Source: a virus
Taxonomy: Duplodnaviria > Caudoviricetes
Virus record (IMG/VR): IMGVR_UViG_3300001525_000313
Location: 38,923-102,922 of that record
Strand: one strand, 5' to 3'
Length of the DNA: 64,000 nt
The translations under genes and the position numbers were made by a program. Each line of letters opens with the position of its first letter. Within the stretch, counting starts at the first letter, position 1. The notes below the pieces were generated by a model. It was not told the DNA's origin, searched no databases, and saw only the letters and a program-made list of their open reading frames with translations. Positions 20,465-29,979 of the stretch are shown here, one piece after another.

Positions 20465-21982
20465 TTACTTTTTCCAAAGAAAATTCTTCTTTAATTGTTT
20501 AGTATCTGAATAGTCAATGTCAAGATAATTACACTCACAATTATCAAGAGCACCAGTTGATTCTTCACCAAGTAATAGCTTAATTAAACCAATACGTTTT
20601 TTAAGCAGTGAAGTTCTATATGTATCAATTGTATCTTTTGCAGATATAAAATAAATGTTTTGTGCACTATAAGTTGAATCCATTCTACAAACACGACCTG
20701 CTAACTGAATTACACGACCAATTGAAAATGGTGCATTTATAACTACAATATTATTTGCTCGTTGAAGATTGCGTGACTGTGATGCAGCTTGTGAGCATAA
20801 AACAATTTCTTTAAGACCAAGATTAGCCTCAATCTTAGCACGTTGATCTTCTTTTTCTGCACCAGTAAGCTTATATATTGATTTAAAACCAATTGAATCT
20901 TTATGCTGTAATAATATTTGTTCAGCTAATTCAAGTGACTCAGTATATTCAAAATATATTAAAGCTGATTCATTACGAGACATAATATCATGTATTGTCT
21001 GCATCATCAACTTCATCTTATTAGAAATAATATCTGGAGATGGTTCAGTACTACCAAAATCAACTACGCGTTGTAAATCATGTAGTCTAGCACCAAAATC
21101 TTTTGCATCTTCTGCAGGATTGTTTAAATTGTCATCTTTTTTCTTTGATTTCTTTTTTACTTTTTCTGGATGATAAAGTATATCAAAAAATCCCTTTGCT
21201 GCCATTGCATATAATTTTTCGCATTCTTTATCAAGATCACAATCAAGGAAATTAAAGTTTACATTATAATGTACACAACCCTTAATAATAAGCTTATCAA
21301 GAATGCCATTAAGCTCTTCCATATTTTGGAAACCTGTAATCTCTATAATTTTTCTTTGAATTACAGCACCAAAACGATTTTTCATTCTTATTACACGTTC
21401 CTGTGTAATACAATAATGAGCTCTGAATTTAAACCATGATTGAAATACTCTTGGATATACAAAGTGTAAAACATTAAATAAACCTTCAATGTCATTCAAT
21501 AATGGAGTTGCAGTCATTGCAATAATTTTCTTACAATAACATCTAACTTCCCATGCAGCACTAGCGAATACAGATTTTGGATTTTGTAATGAATGTGCTT
21601 CATCAATAACAAGATGGCATGTATTTGTACTAGCAAGAGCGATTAAATCTTCAATATATTTATTTACAACTGAATTCTCTACAATAATATATCGTCTACT
21701 TGACAAATCTTCATATTTAAATGTTTTTCCAGCGGTAACAAATATGTATTCACTTGCTGGAATTTCCATCTTTGTAGATAATTCTTTTTTAAATGCAGCC
21801 CTTGCCGATTTTGGAATAAATAGAATACATTTATCATTATTATCTTTTAATAGATCATATTTAACATGCCACAAACATGTTATCGTTTTCCCTGTGCCCG
21901 GAGACAAAGCAAGAATACATGCAGACATTTCCTGCATTTTCTTTATTGATTCTTTTTGTAGCTCAGATAACTCAAAATTCAT
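20465..21982 (-). CDS. SNF2-family (SF2) helicase/ATPase
   Basis: LSPGTGKT, LVIDEAH, MTATPLLN, QLAGRVCR. The ATG at 21982 (MNFELSE) is preferred because the track start lies inside an intergenic hairpin. Confidence 0.9.
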   Translation of the reverse strand: MNFELSELQKESIKKMQEMSACILALSPGTGKTITCLWHVKYDLLKDNNDKCILFIPKSARAAFKKELSTKMEIPASEYIFVTAGKTFKYEDLSSRRYIIVENSVVNKYIEDLIALASTNTCHLVIDEAHSLQNPKSVFASAAWEVRCYCKKIIAMTATPLLNDIEGLFNVLHFVYPRVFQSWFKFRAHYCITQERVIRMKNRFGAVIQRKIIEITGFQNMEELNGILDKLIIKGCVHYNVNFNFLDCDLDKECEKLYAMAAKGFFDILYHPEKVKKKSKKKDDNLNNPAEDAKDFGARLHDLQRVVDFGSTEPSPDIISNKMKLMMQTIHDIMSRNESALIYFEYTESLELAEQILLQHKDSIGFKSIYKLTGAEKEDQRAKIEANLGLKEIVLCSQAASQSRNLQRANNIVVINAPFSIGRVIQLAGRVCRMDSTYSAQNIYFISAKDTIDTYRTSLLKKRIGLIKLLLGEESTGALDNCECNYLDIDYSDTKQLKKNFLWKK

Positions 21983-21997
21983 AAGTAAACCTATATA

Positions 21998-22046
21998 AAT
22001 AAAACCAAGTAACAAATATTAGTATACATTGCAACTTGGTTTTATT
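21998..22046. promoter_or_regulatory. Long-loop inverted repeat (terminator) with an embedded sigma70-like promoter
   Basis: AATAAAACCAAGT ... ACTTGGTTTTATT; the minus strand reads TTTAAT-17 nt-TATACT across the hairpin. Confidence 0.45.
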
Positions 22047-22064
22047 AAAGCTAAAATATTCTAA

Positions 22065-22340
22065 TTAGAATGTTTTACCATTTTTCCTGTCTTCAAGAAT
22101 TGAATCTAGTCTGTCATAAGCATTTTTAGAAAATTCACTCTGACAAACAGTTAGTGCCATGTCAACAGCTCTATAATCATTAATTTCATTATAAGCTAAA
22201 GTCTTACATAAATCGTTTACAGCATCTCTTATAGTATCAACAGTTCTATAAACAGCAGATGCTACAGGATCAAGTGCTTCATTCTTGCGAGAAATTAGCT
22301 TTTCAAGTCTAGCAATTCTAGCTTCTAATTTCTTATCCAT
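22065..22340 (-). CDS. Small protein with a LEARIARLE / KNE motif (putative head-internal protein)
   Basis: MDKKLEARIARLEKLISRKNEA; the same N-terminal motif occurs in 48115..48333. Confidence 0.55.
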   Translation of the reverse strand: MDKKLEARIARLEKLISRKNEALDPVASAVYRTVDTIRDAVNDLCKTLAYNEINDYRAVDMALTVCQSEFSKNAYDRLDSILEDRKNGKTF

Positions 22341-22347
22341 AATTGCC

Positions 22348-23184
22348 TCATAATGTATTTAATCTTTCGATCTTTGATTTAAGAAAATCACTTATTGTAA
22401 CAAGCTCTCTATCATATTTGCAATTAAAGTCATCTTCGATAACATTTAATTTCATAATATTAAAGTTAGTACTAAATTTGTCATAAGCATCAATAAGTTT
22501 ATTGAGCCATTTCTTATCAGAATCTTTTAATAAAGATTCAACATTACATAATTGATATATTGATGGACATTCACCATTATAATCTAGTAATTCTACAATA
22601 TATGCAGCTAATTTCTTTGGAAATCTAGCAACTGGTGGATATAATGTATCACTTGTATCACCAGTAATTGCTCTAAAAATTGGTAATTTATTAGGCTCTA
22701 TTTCAAAAAATTTATCAGAATATTCAAACTTATATGATTCTTCTGTGATAATTAAATTTTTACCATTATCAATTACAACATCACTTGATAGTGCTTGAAA
22801 TATATCTTTATCACCTGATATAATCTTTTTCCTACCATCTAATGTCTTTGATAAAGTATAGATAATTTCATCAGACTCATAATTATTATTGTAACAAACT
22901 TTTATTTTATCATTATGAAGTAAACTTACAAATGTTGGAATAGCTTCATAAACACTACGATGCATTTCTTTATTGCGGTCTTTTTTATAGCTTTCACCTA
23001 AAATTCTACGACCTTTAGTATTAAAGCCATCAAGACATAAATATAAATCTGAATCTTTTCTAGTTAGTAAAGACTCAATTTTCTTACATAAAAAATGTAT
23101 TTCAGGATATTCTGGCCACACTTTAGAACAGCTGAAAAAGCCCCTATATAAAATCCAACTTGTATCACACAAATAATGTATCAT
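22348..23184 (-). CDS. 5'-3' exonuclease / flap endonuclease (T4 RNase H / Pol I N-terminal type)
   Basis: LCDTSWILYRGF, YKKDR, YESDEII, IISGDKDIFQ, AITGDTSD. Confidence 0.9.
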   Translation of the reverse strand: MIHYLCDTSWILYRGFFSCSKVWPEYPEIHFLCKKIESLLTRKDSDLYLCLDGFNTKGRRILGESYKKDRNKEMHRSVYEAIPTFVSLLHNDKIKVCYNNNYESDEIIYTLSKTLDGRKKIISGDKDIFQALSSDVVIDNGKNLIITEESYKFEYSDKFFEIEPNKLPIFRAITGDTSDTLYPPVARFPKKLAAYIVELLDYNGECPSIYQLCNVESLLKDSDKKWLNKLIDAYDKFSTNFNIMKLNVIEDDFNCKYDRELVTISDFLKSKIERLNTL

Positions 23185-23192
23185 ATATAATC

Positions 23193-23867
23193 CTATATTT
23201 CAATTACAGATGGTTCATATGCAACACGATAATCTTCATCTAAAATAGACACATTCTTAATATTTGCAATCTTTTTATTATTAAGAATAACTGATGTGAG
23301 ATTATGATCACCTGTATGAATGTGACCACAAATGTTTAATATTATGTTTGATCTAAGAATCTCATTACGAAGATCTACAGATCCAAGCTCTTTATTAAAC
23401 TGTTTAACAAATCCAACATTACCAAATCTTGGTGGTTGATGTGTAATTAAAATATCAGTGTCATCATCGAATTCATATATCTGATTATATTGCTTCGAAA
23501 AAGACCATCCATTTGGTGATTCACTATTTGGATTTCCATAAAACTTTAACCCATCAATAATTACTGAGTCATGACAAAGATAATGTACCTTGTCTAGCAG
23601 TTTATGACGATCAAGAATTTTATAAAGATCATCTTTAAAAAATCTATAAGTACAAGCAAAATCATGATTTCCTGGAATAACAATAATATGATTTGTCTTG
23701 AGTGTCTTCATCCATTGTGCAAATTTCTTATCCCACCAATTTAAAACTGACATACAATCTTGCTGGCAATATAAAGGTGACCAATCTCCAGCAATTACTA
23801 CTACATCGCATGACTTTTTTATAGATTCTAAATTTCCATGCTGATCTGAAAGTGCGATGATTTTCAT
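23193..23867 (-). CDS. Calcineurin-like metallophosphoesterase
   Basis: LSDQHG, IAGD, PGNHD, ITHQPP, CGHIH. Confidence 0.92.
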   Translation of the reverse strand: MKIIALSDQHGNLESIKKSCDVVVIAGDWSPLYCQQDCMSVLNWWDKKFAQWMKTLKTNHIIVIPGNHDFACTYRFFKDDLYKILDRHKLLDKVHYLCHDSVIIDGLKFYGNPNSESPNGWSFSKQYNQIYEFDDDTDILITHQPPRFGNVGFVKQFNKELGSVDLRNEILRSNIILNICGHIHTGDHNLTSVILNNKKIANIKNVSILDEDYRVAYEPSVIEI

Positions 23868-23886
23868 ATAAGCCTCAAATAAAATA

Positions 23887-23912
23887 AAAGGGTATAGAAT
23901 ACTATACCCTTT
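23887..23912 (-). terminator. Terminator after the tail tube gene
   Basis: AAAGGGTATAG-AATA-CTATACCCTTT, followed by a T-rich tract on the minus strand. Confidence 0.75.
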
Positions 23913-23940
23913 ATATACATCACATAATTTATTTTATAAA

Positions 23941-24525
23941 CTATTTTACGCGGCTTTCAAAATAACGGTCTACTGATAAGCTAAGTGTGATTGTCTGTGC
24001 TTCACTTGAATCAAATGAGAATTCACTTGCCTGACCAAAGCCTTTAGGCCATACACCCTGAAGATCCCATTTACGAATAATAGAAGCATCTGGTGAATAC
24101 ATATAAAGAGTGCCGCTTGTTTTATATGCACTAACGAGACCCATTAATTTTGTATTACGATCAAATACTTTATTAAACCAAGCCTGCATTAAATTAACCT
24201 GGTCTTGTCCAATAGTATCATATACAGTAATGTCTAAGTCTTCAAACTGTGGAGCAGCTGCAACTTTTACTGTATCATTACCATGTTTTAACTGAATTGG
24301 CTCAGCACTTACTTTTGGTGCACCAATTGATTTAACAGATAATCTAATATGCTCGGAAGCTGTAGCACCATCAACATCTAATTGTAATTTAGCTAAGTCA
24401 AGAACAACTTCAAAATGATTTGAACGCTGAACTTCAAAGTTTCCGGAAGCGCTCGCAAAATGGGCAGCATCACCGTATTGCTGACCTGCTAATGTACCAA
24501 CATATGTTGCCATATTATCCTCCAA
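23941..24525 (-). CDS. Tail tube protein (T4 gp19-like)
   Basis: QRSNHFEV, FEDLDITVYD, MQAWFN, YKTSGTLYMYSPD..IIRKWDLQGVWP, TITLSLSVD; GGAGG RBS. Confidence 0.9.
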   Translation of the reverse strand: MEDNMATYVGTLAGQQYGDAAHFASASGNFEVQRSNHFEVVLDLAKLQLDVDGATASEHIRLSVKSIGAPKVSAEPIQLKHGNDTVKVAAAPQFEDLDITVYDTIGQDQVNLMQAWFNKVFDRNTKLMGLVSAYKTSGTLYMYSPDASIIRKWDLQGVWPKGFGQASEFSFDSSEAQTITLSLSVDRYFESRVK

Positions 24526-24539
24526 ATATAATTATATAT

Positions 24540-26411
24540 TTATATAGTAAAGTCTAAAGTAATACTTTTTGCAAATCCATAGAATAAAAGATCAATTGTG
24601 ATGTAAACCGTCTTGGTTGGTATATCTGTAGTATAATTTATATTATAATTATGCAAATTTCCACGTGTTATAAATTGATCAAGTATCTCGCGTTTAATAT
24701 AGTTTATTATTGATTCTATAACAAATACAGTATTTAAAACAAACTTTTGCGTCTCTAAGTATTCACGTATTAAACGCCGTAAATAAACAAATGTTCGTGA
24801 TATATGACTGTATTGTAAATTAGGCGATCTAGATAATGATTTATTTCCGTAAACTGATGGAGCACCTGAATCAAATAATACTACTGAATTACACCTAACA
24901 TCAACTAGCTGTTCAGCTAATTCTTCATTAATTGAATCTTTAATAGTTGTATTTGCAATATTTAGCTTATCAAGACTGTTTGCAACGTACTGTACACTAT
25001 TAATAAGTAGATTATAAAATGTAAGTATAGCTGTCGAGTAATAAATTTTTATCGGTCTATGATATTTAAGAGCACTTGTAATAGTATCACTTACATAACC
25101 AAAATATAAATCACAATTGAAATTATCGCTAGTGTTAACATATTCAGAAAGTGAATATTGTTTTTCATTAGCTATTACAATTTTTTCTTTATTTAATAGA
25201 TAGTTATAAACAGTGTTTGCAGTTTTATCTATTGCGTTAATAAATAGATATGTATCACAATCACTATTAAACATACTTAATAATGACTCTTGTATATGTG
25301 CATAACCGTTATAATTTAAGTCTTCTAACCTAGAATAGGCTGTATATTCAACTTGTGATTCAGTAGATTTTAATGTTGTACTGCTATAAAGTCTACCTAA
25401 GCATAGTATATGTGGCTTTGGAAATACCTTGCTGATATTTATTATTGCCTGTTCATAATAAGTAACTGCAATAGGATTTAATTCATAAGTTTCATCATCG
25501 CATTGTACAAGCTGTAAGCAATAATCATAATCATCGCTATTAATTTTATACCAATAATGATCTTGCTCAATTTTCTTATCAAGAATGCCAGCATTGTATT
25601 TGCTAACTGCAAGATTTTTAATATTGTTATCTTTCATATGCTTTTCATATGATAAAACATATGAGTCATATTCAATGTGTACTTTTTTGTTTTGTACAAA
25701 TGCTTTAATTAAAGCCTTTTTATCACAATAACCATGTATAACTTTTAGTTCAAAGCCATCATTTGCTAGCTGTTTAATGAAATCAGCATCAGTATAAATA
25801 ATATTTTCATCAATTATTTCACCGTCTTCATCAAATAGTGAATTCTCTAGCTCAGTAAGCTTCACTTCATAGTGAGCACTATTATACCAATCTGTATCAT
25901 TTAATTTAAATGAGTTAAGATATGATTTTTTAATATACTTGTCTAAAATATAGCGATGTACATAGATGTCTAATTTATTGATGCCATCGAAAGTATACTC
26001 TATAATTGGCTGACAGAATTTAATATCAGACTTTAATTTATAGCCAACTGTATCATACCTAATATCAGCACTTCGCTCATCAACAAACATAAATTCAGTA
26101 TAACCGTTATATGATATGTCAAATTCATCATCATTGTCTTTCATATCATATATCGATGAAATCCAAACTGGAATATCTCTAGCAACTAAATCATATGCAA
26201 GTATTAGATCAGCATAGTTTTTTGGATCAATATATGGATCTCCAAAGTATTTAACTAATTCATCTCTAGTTGAAACTCTATGGCACCAATTTACATATTC
26301 ATCATCATCTTTTGATGTACTATTAAGTGTCTTGGGTGTTCTACAAATTATACCACCAGTATAAGCATCAGTATTAAATAATTTATTGTTTGTTAAAGTT
26401 ATATCAGCCAT
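24540..26411 (-). CDS. Second, divergent tail sheath-like protein
   Basis: ELVKYFGDPYIDP (cf. LIANFGDPRIDP in the main sheath); C-terminal EQLVDVRCNSVV..DSGAPSVYGNKSL...HISRTFVYLRR; directly upstream of the tube gene. Confidence 0.8.
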   Translation of the reverse strand: MADITLTNNKLFNTDAYTGGIICRTPKTLNSTSKDDDEYVNWCHRVSTRDELVKYFGDPYIDPKNYADLILAYDLVARDIPVWISSIYDMKDNDDEFDISYNGYTEFMFVDERSADIRYDTVGYKLKSDIKFCQPIIEYTFDGINKLDIYVHRYILDKYIKKSYLNSFKLNDTDWYNSAHYEVKLTELENSLFDEDGEIIDENIIYTDADFIKQLANDGFELKVIHGYCDKKALIKAFVQNKKVHIEYDSYVLSYEKHMKDNNIKNLAVSKYNAGILDKKIEQDHYWYKINSDDYDYCLQLVQCDDETYELNPIAVTYYEQAIINISKVFPKPHILCLGRLYSSTTLKSTESQVEYTAYSRLEDLNYNGYAHIQESLLSMFNSDCDTYLFINAIDKTANTVYNYLLNKEKIVIANEKQYSLSEYVNTSDNFNCDLYFGYVSDTITSALKYHRPIKIYYSTAILTFYNLLINSVQYVANSLDKLNIANTTIKDSINEELAEQLVDVRCNSVVLFDSGAPSVYGNKSLSRSPNLQYSHISRTFVYLRRLIREYLETQKFVLNTVFVIESIINYIKREILDQFITRGNLHNYNINYTTDIPTKTVYITIDLLFYGFAKSITLDFTI

Positions 26412-26428
26412 AATATTATTCTCTACTT

Positions 26429-27271
26429 CTACTGGTTATTATTATCTTTATCGCCATCTTTATTATTGGCATCATTAACCTTAAGATTAGATTTAATAGC
26501 TTGTTTATCAACTACATAAACTAAGCCAATGCCTTCTTGGCCTTCAAATAGATAGCTGTAATCAATATCGTCAAATCCATTACCATTATTAGTTCCATCA
26601 AAATATTGTTTCAGGAAACTATTATTAAATTTCTCAACAGCTTTCTCTTTATATTTTCTATAAATATAAGCATTTACCTTTACAGTGATAATGCCACGAT
26701 ACATTGCATTGCCTGAATCAAAGTTTTCAAGATCTGATGCATCTTCTACTTCTTCAACAAGTAAATGGCAGGCTTGTTCTTTTACTAATTTATCTTGAGT
26801 ACCGTCAGATTTTATATTAAAAAATCCAATATATGGTACTCTAAATAAATTTTCCTGTAGCTCAATCATCAGTGTATCAAAGTTATCTCTCTCAAAAGAA
26901 ATAACATCTATATAATATGTTAATTCAAATGTAGAGTTTACAACTGATACAATATCATAATGACCATCTGATGTTATTTTTTTAGTTAACTCAGGATCAA
27001 AGTGCTTTAATTGCTGGAAAAAAGGTGTTTGTCCAGTTACGTATGTTTGTCCAGCATTTGCTCTAGACCAAGAATTATACTCTTTAGAAAATAGAGGACA
27101 ATTTGTTCTGCGTACAGTAATAATCGGGAAATCCACTTCACAGCCATTTAATAATTTCTGATCACGGATTTCTTTAATAGGGATTGTCATTCTATTTATC
27201 CAATGAGTATTTGCATAAAATGTTTTTATACGATCTACTAGTGCAAGATCATAATCACGACAATCTAACAT
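26429..27271 (-). CDS. Tail terminator / head-tail connector (gp15-like)
   Basis: FPIITVRR, FELTYYIDVISFERDNFDTLMIEL, GIITVKVNAYI; lies between the neck and sheath genes. Confidence 0.6.
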   Translation of the reverse strand: MLDCRDYDLALVDRIKTFYANTHWINRMTIPIKEIRDQKLLNGCEVDFPIITVRRTNCPLFSKEYNSWSRANAGQTYVTGQTPFFQQLKHFDPELTKKITSDGHYDIVSVVNSTFELTYYIDVISFERDNFDTLMIELQENLFRVPYIGFFNIKSDGTQDKLVKEQACHLLVEEVEDASDLENFDSGNAMYRGIITVKVNAYIYRKYKEKAVEKFNNSFLKQYFDGTNNGNGFDDIDYSYLFEGQEGIGLVYVVDKQAIKSNLKVNDANNKDGDKDNNNQ

Positions 27272-27293
27272 AACAATCCCTCAATCAAATTGT

Positions 27294-27767
27294 TTATTCT
27301 AACTCTTCACGAGTAGTATTCATATAATTAGTTTTCATCTGTGATTCTTTTCGTGGTCTATTATCTTCTTCTTTATATGTAATTAGCTTTAAAGCATAGC
27401 TCATGTGAAGTAAATATTGTGAATTAACCTCACGTATTTGATACACATCACCATTGGCTAACTTTATTACGCTAAATTCATGAAGATTATATTTTTTACC
27501 GCAATATGTTAGTGGAGCTAATGCAATAATAGCTTCACGATCTGCATCAATTGTAGACCACCTTAGATTAGCTAATAACCGTGTATCTACATATTCTTGT
27601 AAAAGAATCTTATATGGTATACCTTTATCAAGAATACGATCATCATTGTACATGTTTGTACTATGAACATCATACAATGTGCAACTTATACCAAAAAGTC
27701 TAAAAGCCTCTGAAATAAAAGAATCATATAAACACTTTTCTTTATCACTATATAATAAGCTTGTCAT
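27294..27767 (-). CDS. Neck / head-closure protein (gp14-like)
   Basis: LYDSFISEAFRLFGISCTLY resembles the gp14 N-terminal EAI...G....Y motif; consistent position. Confidence 0.6.
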   Translation of the reverse strand: MTSLLYSDKEKCLYDSFISEAFRLFGISCTLYDVHSTNMYNDDRILDKGIPYKILLQEYVDTRLLANLRWSTIDADREAIIALAPLTYCGKKYNLHEFSVIKLANGDVYQIREVNSQYLLHMSYALKLITYKEEDNRPRKESQMKTNYMNTTREELE

Positions 27768-27770
27768 ATA

Positions 27771-28145
27771 TTATCTCACATATGTCGATTTCTTTTCACG
27801 TGATAATTTACTTTGCTGTATCTGATTGTCTTTTCTCTTATATATAAGATAAAGTTTTCGTATAAGGTTATTTGCAAATTTCAATTCGTCATACCAAAAT
27901 CTTTGACTTAAATCATAAACAGCATGATTAATTAATGCTCTGTTATTAAAGTAAATCACTCTTCCATTTAATGATAATGAATCAACAATATCTTCTGGTG
28001 TAAAATAATTTCTACTATCATCTAAAAAATATTTTCTATCTTCATCTTTTATTTTTGCACAATGCTTCTTTAGTTGTGATTTAATGTAATTTAAAAAATA
28101 TTCATTAAATTTGAAATCATCATACGGAGACAGAATTGACTTCAT
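27771..28145 (-). CDS. Hypothetical protein in the neck gene cluster
   Basis: 124-aa ORF with an upstream ATATCAA motif. Confidence 0.5.
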   Translation of the reverse strand: MKSILSPYDDFKFNEYFLNYIKSQLKKHCAKIKDEDRKYFLDDSRNYFTPEDIVDSLSLNGRVIYFNNRALINHAVYDLSQRFWYDELKFANNLIRKLYLIYKRKDNQIQQSKLSREKKSTYVR

Positions 28146-28185
28146 AAATTTTAATTTCTCACCTATAAATAATTATAATACAAAT

Positions 28186-28225
28186 AAAGGATGCACTATA
28201 ATCATTTGATATAGAGACATCCTTT
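28186..28225 (-). terminator. Inverted repeat with an ATATCAA motif in its loop
   Basis: AAAGGATG ... CATCCTTT; TTGATAT at 28206-28212. Confidence 0.5.
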
Positions 28226-28256
28226 TAACTTTAAGGAAATTATTTCAAATTATATA

Positions 28257-28718
28257 TTAATAACGAAGACGTCTACAAGCTTTACGACGGCGAGATTCTG
28301 TAAAACGACGTTCTAATGCAGCAAGACGATCTTCAAGTGATCTTTCATAAGACTCTTCTTCTGTAGATTCTTCCTCTTCAGATTCACCCTCTTCTTCAGC
28401 AGGTGCTTCCTCTTCGGGAACTGCATCTTCTTCAGATTCACTCTCTTCTTCAGCAGGTGCTTCTTTATCTTCAGCTTCTGCATCAGCATCTTCATCATCT
28501 ACAATAGCAAGTGCTTTTTCGAAACGAGCAATAATATCTTCAAGTCGAGCTAGTAATAAATCAGCTTGAGATACATCATTTTCAGAATCGACTTCATCAG
28601 CCTCATTTGTAATAAGAGATTCATTTTTAACTTCAGATTCATCAGCTTTAACTTCTGCAGCTTGTGAATCCTCACGAAGCTTACGCATAATTGATTTAAT
28701 TTCAGTTGTTCTTAGCAT
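28257..28718 (-). CDS. Acidic prohead core / scaffold-like protein
   Basis: Glu-rich tandem EAPAEEE(S/G)ESEE repeat; coiled-coil SLEDRLAALERRF; KNES site; basic C-terminal tail. Confidence 0.55.
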   Translation of the reverse strand: MLRTTEIKSIMRKLREDSQAAEVKADESEVKNESLITNEADEVDSENDVSQADLLLARLEDIIARFEKALAIVDDEDADAEAEDKEAPAEEESESEEDAVPEEEAPAEEEGESEEEESTEEESYERSLEDRLAALERRFTESRRRKACRRLRY

Positions 28719-28752
28719 AATTACCCATCCTATATAAATATATAATTATAAG

Positions 28753-29406
28753 CTATCTAGTAGCATAAAATAAACCAAGTTGTGTACCAAGCTTTTCTTC
28801 AAGAGCAGTTTTTTCAGTAATGCCTTCTTGCTTTAACTCAGATCCATTTGTTTCAATTGGTGAACCAGTAATTTTAACTTTTGAACGTATTTCACCTTCT
28901 ATACATTTTACTAATGCAACTGTATAATCAATAACCCAATTAACAAAATCTTCTGTCATTGTGGCGACTGATCTATCAGTAATAGCTTCTATAGTCCATG
29001 GTGAATTACCACCATCAATATATACTGTATCACCAATTAATCTAAATCCAACTGGGTTTAAATCAGTTTGAACTGAGTCAGTATAATAATTCCATAAAGC
29101 ACAGTTAACAAGTGAATTACTGCCGTTTATAACATAAAACCCTTGATTGATTGCTTTATCAATATTGATATTTTCATCATCTGCAGATGATGATGTAACT
29201 CGTACAACAGCAAAAATGCGATTATGCTCAAACTTTACAGTTGGTGAATATGTTGTTATAAGTTCCATATTATTAAGATATGGAACAACATGATTAATCG
29301 CATTTGTAATTTGTTTATCAATCATCTCATCCGTAATTGCTAAATCAATTACAGGATAACCTAATCTAGTTTTTACTGTATCTAATATAAAACATCTATT
29401 CAACAT
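28753..29406 (-). CDS. Neck protein / head-tail adaptor (gp13-like)
   Basis: LDTVKTRLGYPVIDLAITDEMID ... WVIDYTVALVK..EGEIRSK ... NGSELKQEGITEKTALEEKL. Confidence 0.8.
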   Translation of the reverse strand: MLNRCFILDTVKTRLGYPVIDLAITDEMIDKQITNAINHVVPYLNNMELITTYSPTVKFEHNRIFAVVRVTSSSADDENINIDKAINQGFYVINGSNSLVNCALWNYYTDSVQTDLNPVGFRLIGDTVYIDGGNSPWTIEAITDRSVATMTEDFVNWVIDYTVALVKCIEGEIRSKVKITGSPIETNGSELKQEGITEKTALEEKLGTQLGLFYATR

Positions 29407-29962
29407 CTGAATTGTGTTCCTGTAAGAATGCGATTATTTCATCTTTCTTTAGCTTACAAGATTTGCCTGTTACTTTTTTATATTCAGCTTTAAGTTGTAC
29501 ATATGACATAGTTGTATAATCGGTATCGCATGGTTCTTCAGCAACTGGCTCTTGTACATCTTCAGCAACTGGCTCTGGTGTATCTTCAACTGGTGTAGGA
29601 TCTTCATGAAGCTCTTCATTAGCTGGTTCACATGTATCTTCAGCACATGAATTATCTTCATTGGCATCTTGTTCAGCTGGAGCTGATTCATCTAGTTTTG
29701 GTTCAGTATCTGATTTAGTATCATCAGCTTTTGATTCTGGCTGTTCCATAGTTGGTTCAGCATCTTCATGTTTTTCAGGTGCTTTGCTCTGTAGTTCATC
29801 TTTTGTTTTAATACCAAGTGCTTTTGTTAATGATACATAATCATTATATTCTAAACTAAGCACATTTGAACCTGGCTGAAGCATATAATGCTTTCCATTT
29901 GTAGCATAAACTTTAGTTGGTACTTTTGAATTTAACTTTAATTTTAATTGCACTTTGCTCAT
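29396..29962 (-). CDS. Protein with an acidic linker and a C-terminal Rho-N/HeH-like helical domain
   Basis: EPVAED repeats; C-terminal DYTTMSYVQLKAEYKKVTGKSCKLKKDEIIAFL. Confidence 0.55.
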   Translation of the reverse strand: MSKVQLKLKLNSKVPTKVYATNGKHYMLQPGSNVLSLEYNDYVSLTKALGIKTKDELQSKAPEKHEDAEPTMEQPESKADDTKSDTEPKLDESAPAEQDANEDNSCAEDTCEPANEELHEDPTPVEDTPEPVAEDVQEPVAEEPCDTDYTTMSYVQLKAEYKKVTGKSCKLKKDEIIAFLQEHNSDVE

Positions 29963-29979
29963 ACTAAATCACTCCAAAA

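Noticed and set aside
1-27271. Extracellular contractile injection system or tailocin, suggested by the two sheath genes
   Set aside because: Portal, major capsid, prohead protease, neck and replication genes are all present, which indicates a complete phage.
28377-29590. Short direct repeats (EAPAEEE and EPVAED; also SEDENN near 2580-2620) as a possible CRISPR array or iterons
   Set aside because: They are two-copy in-frame coding repeats in acidic linkers with no spacer structure.
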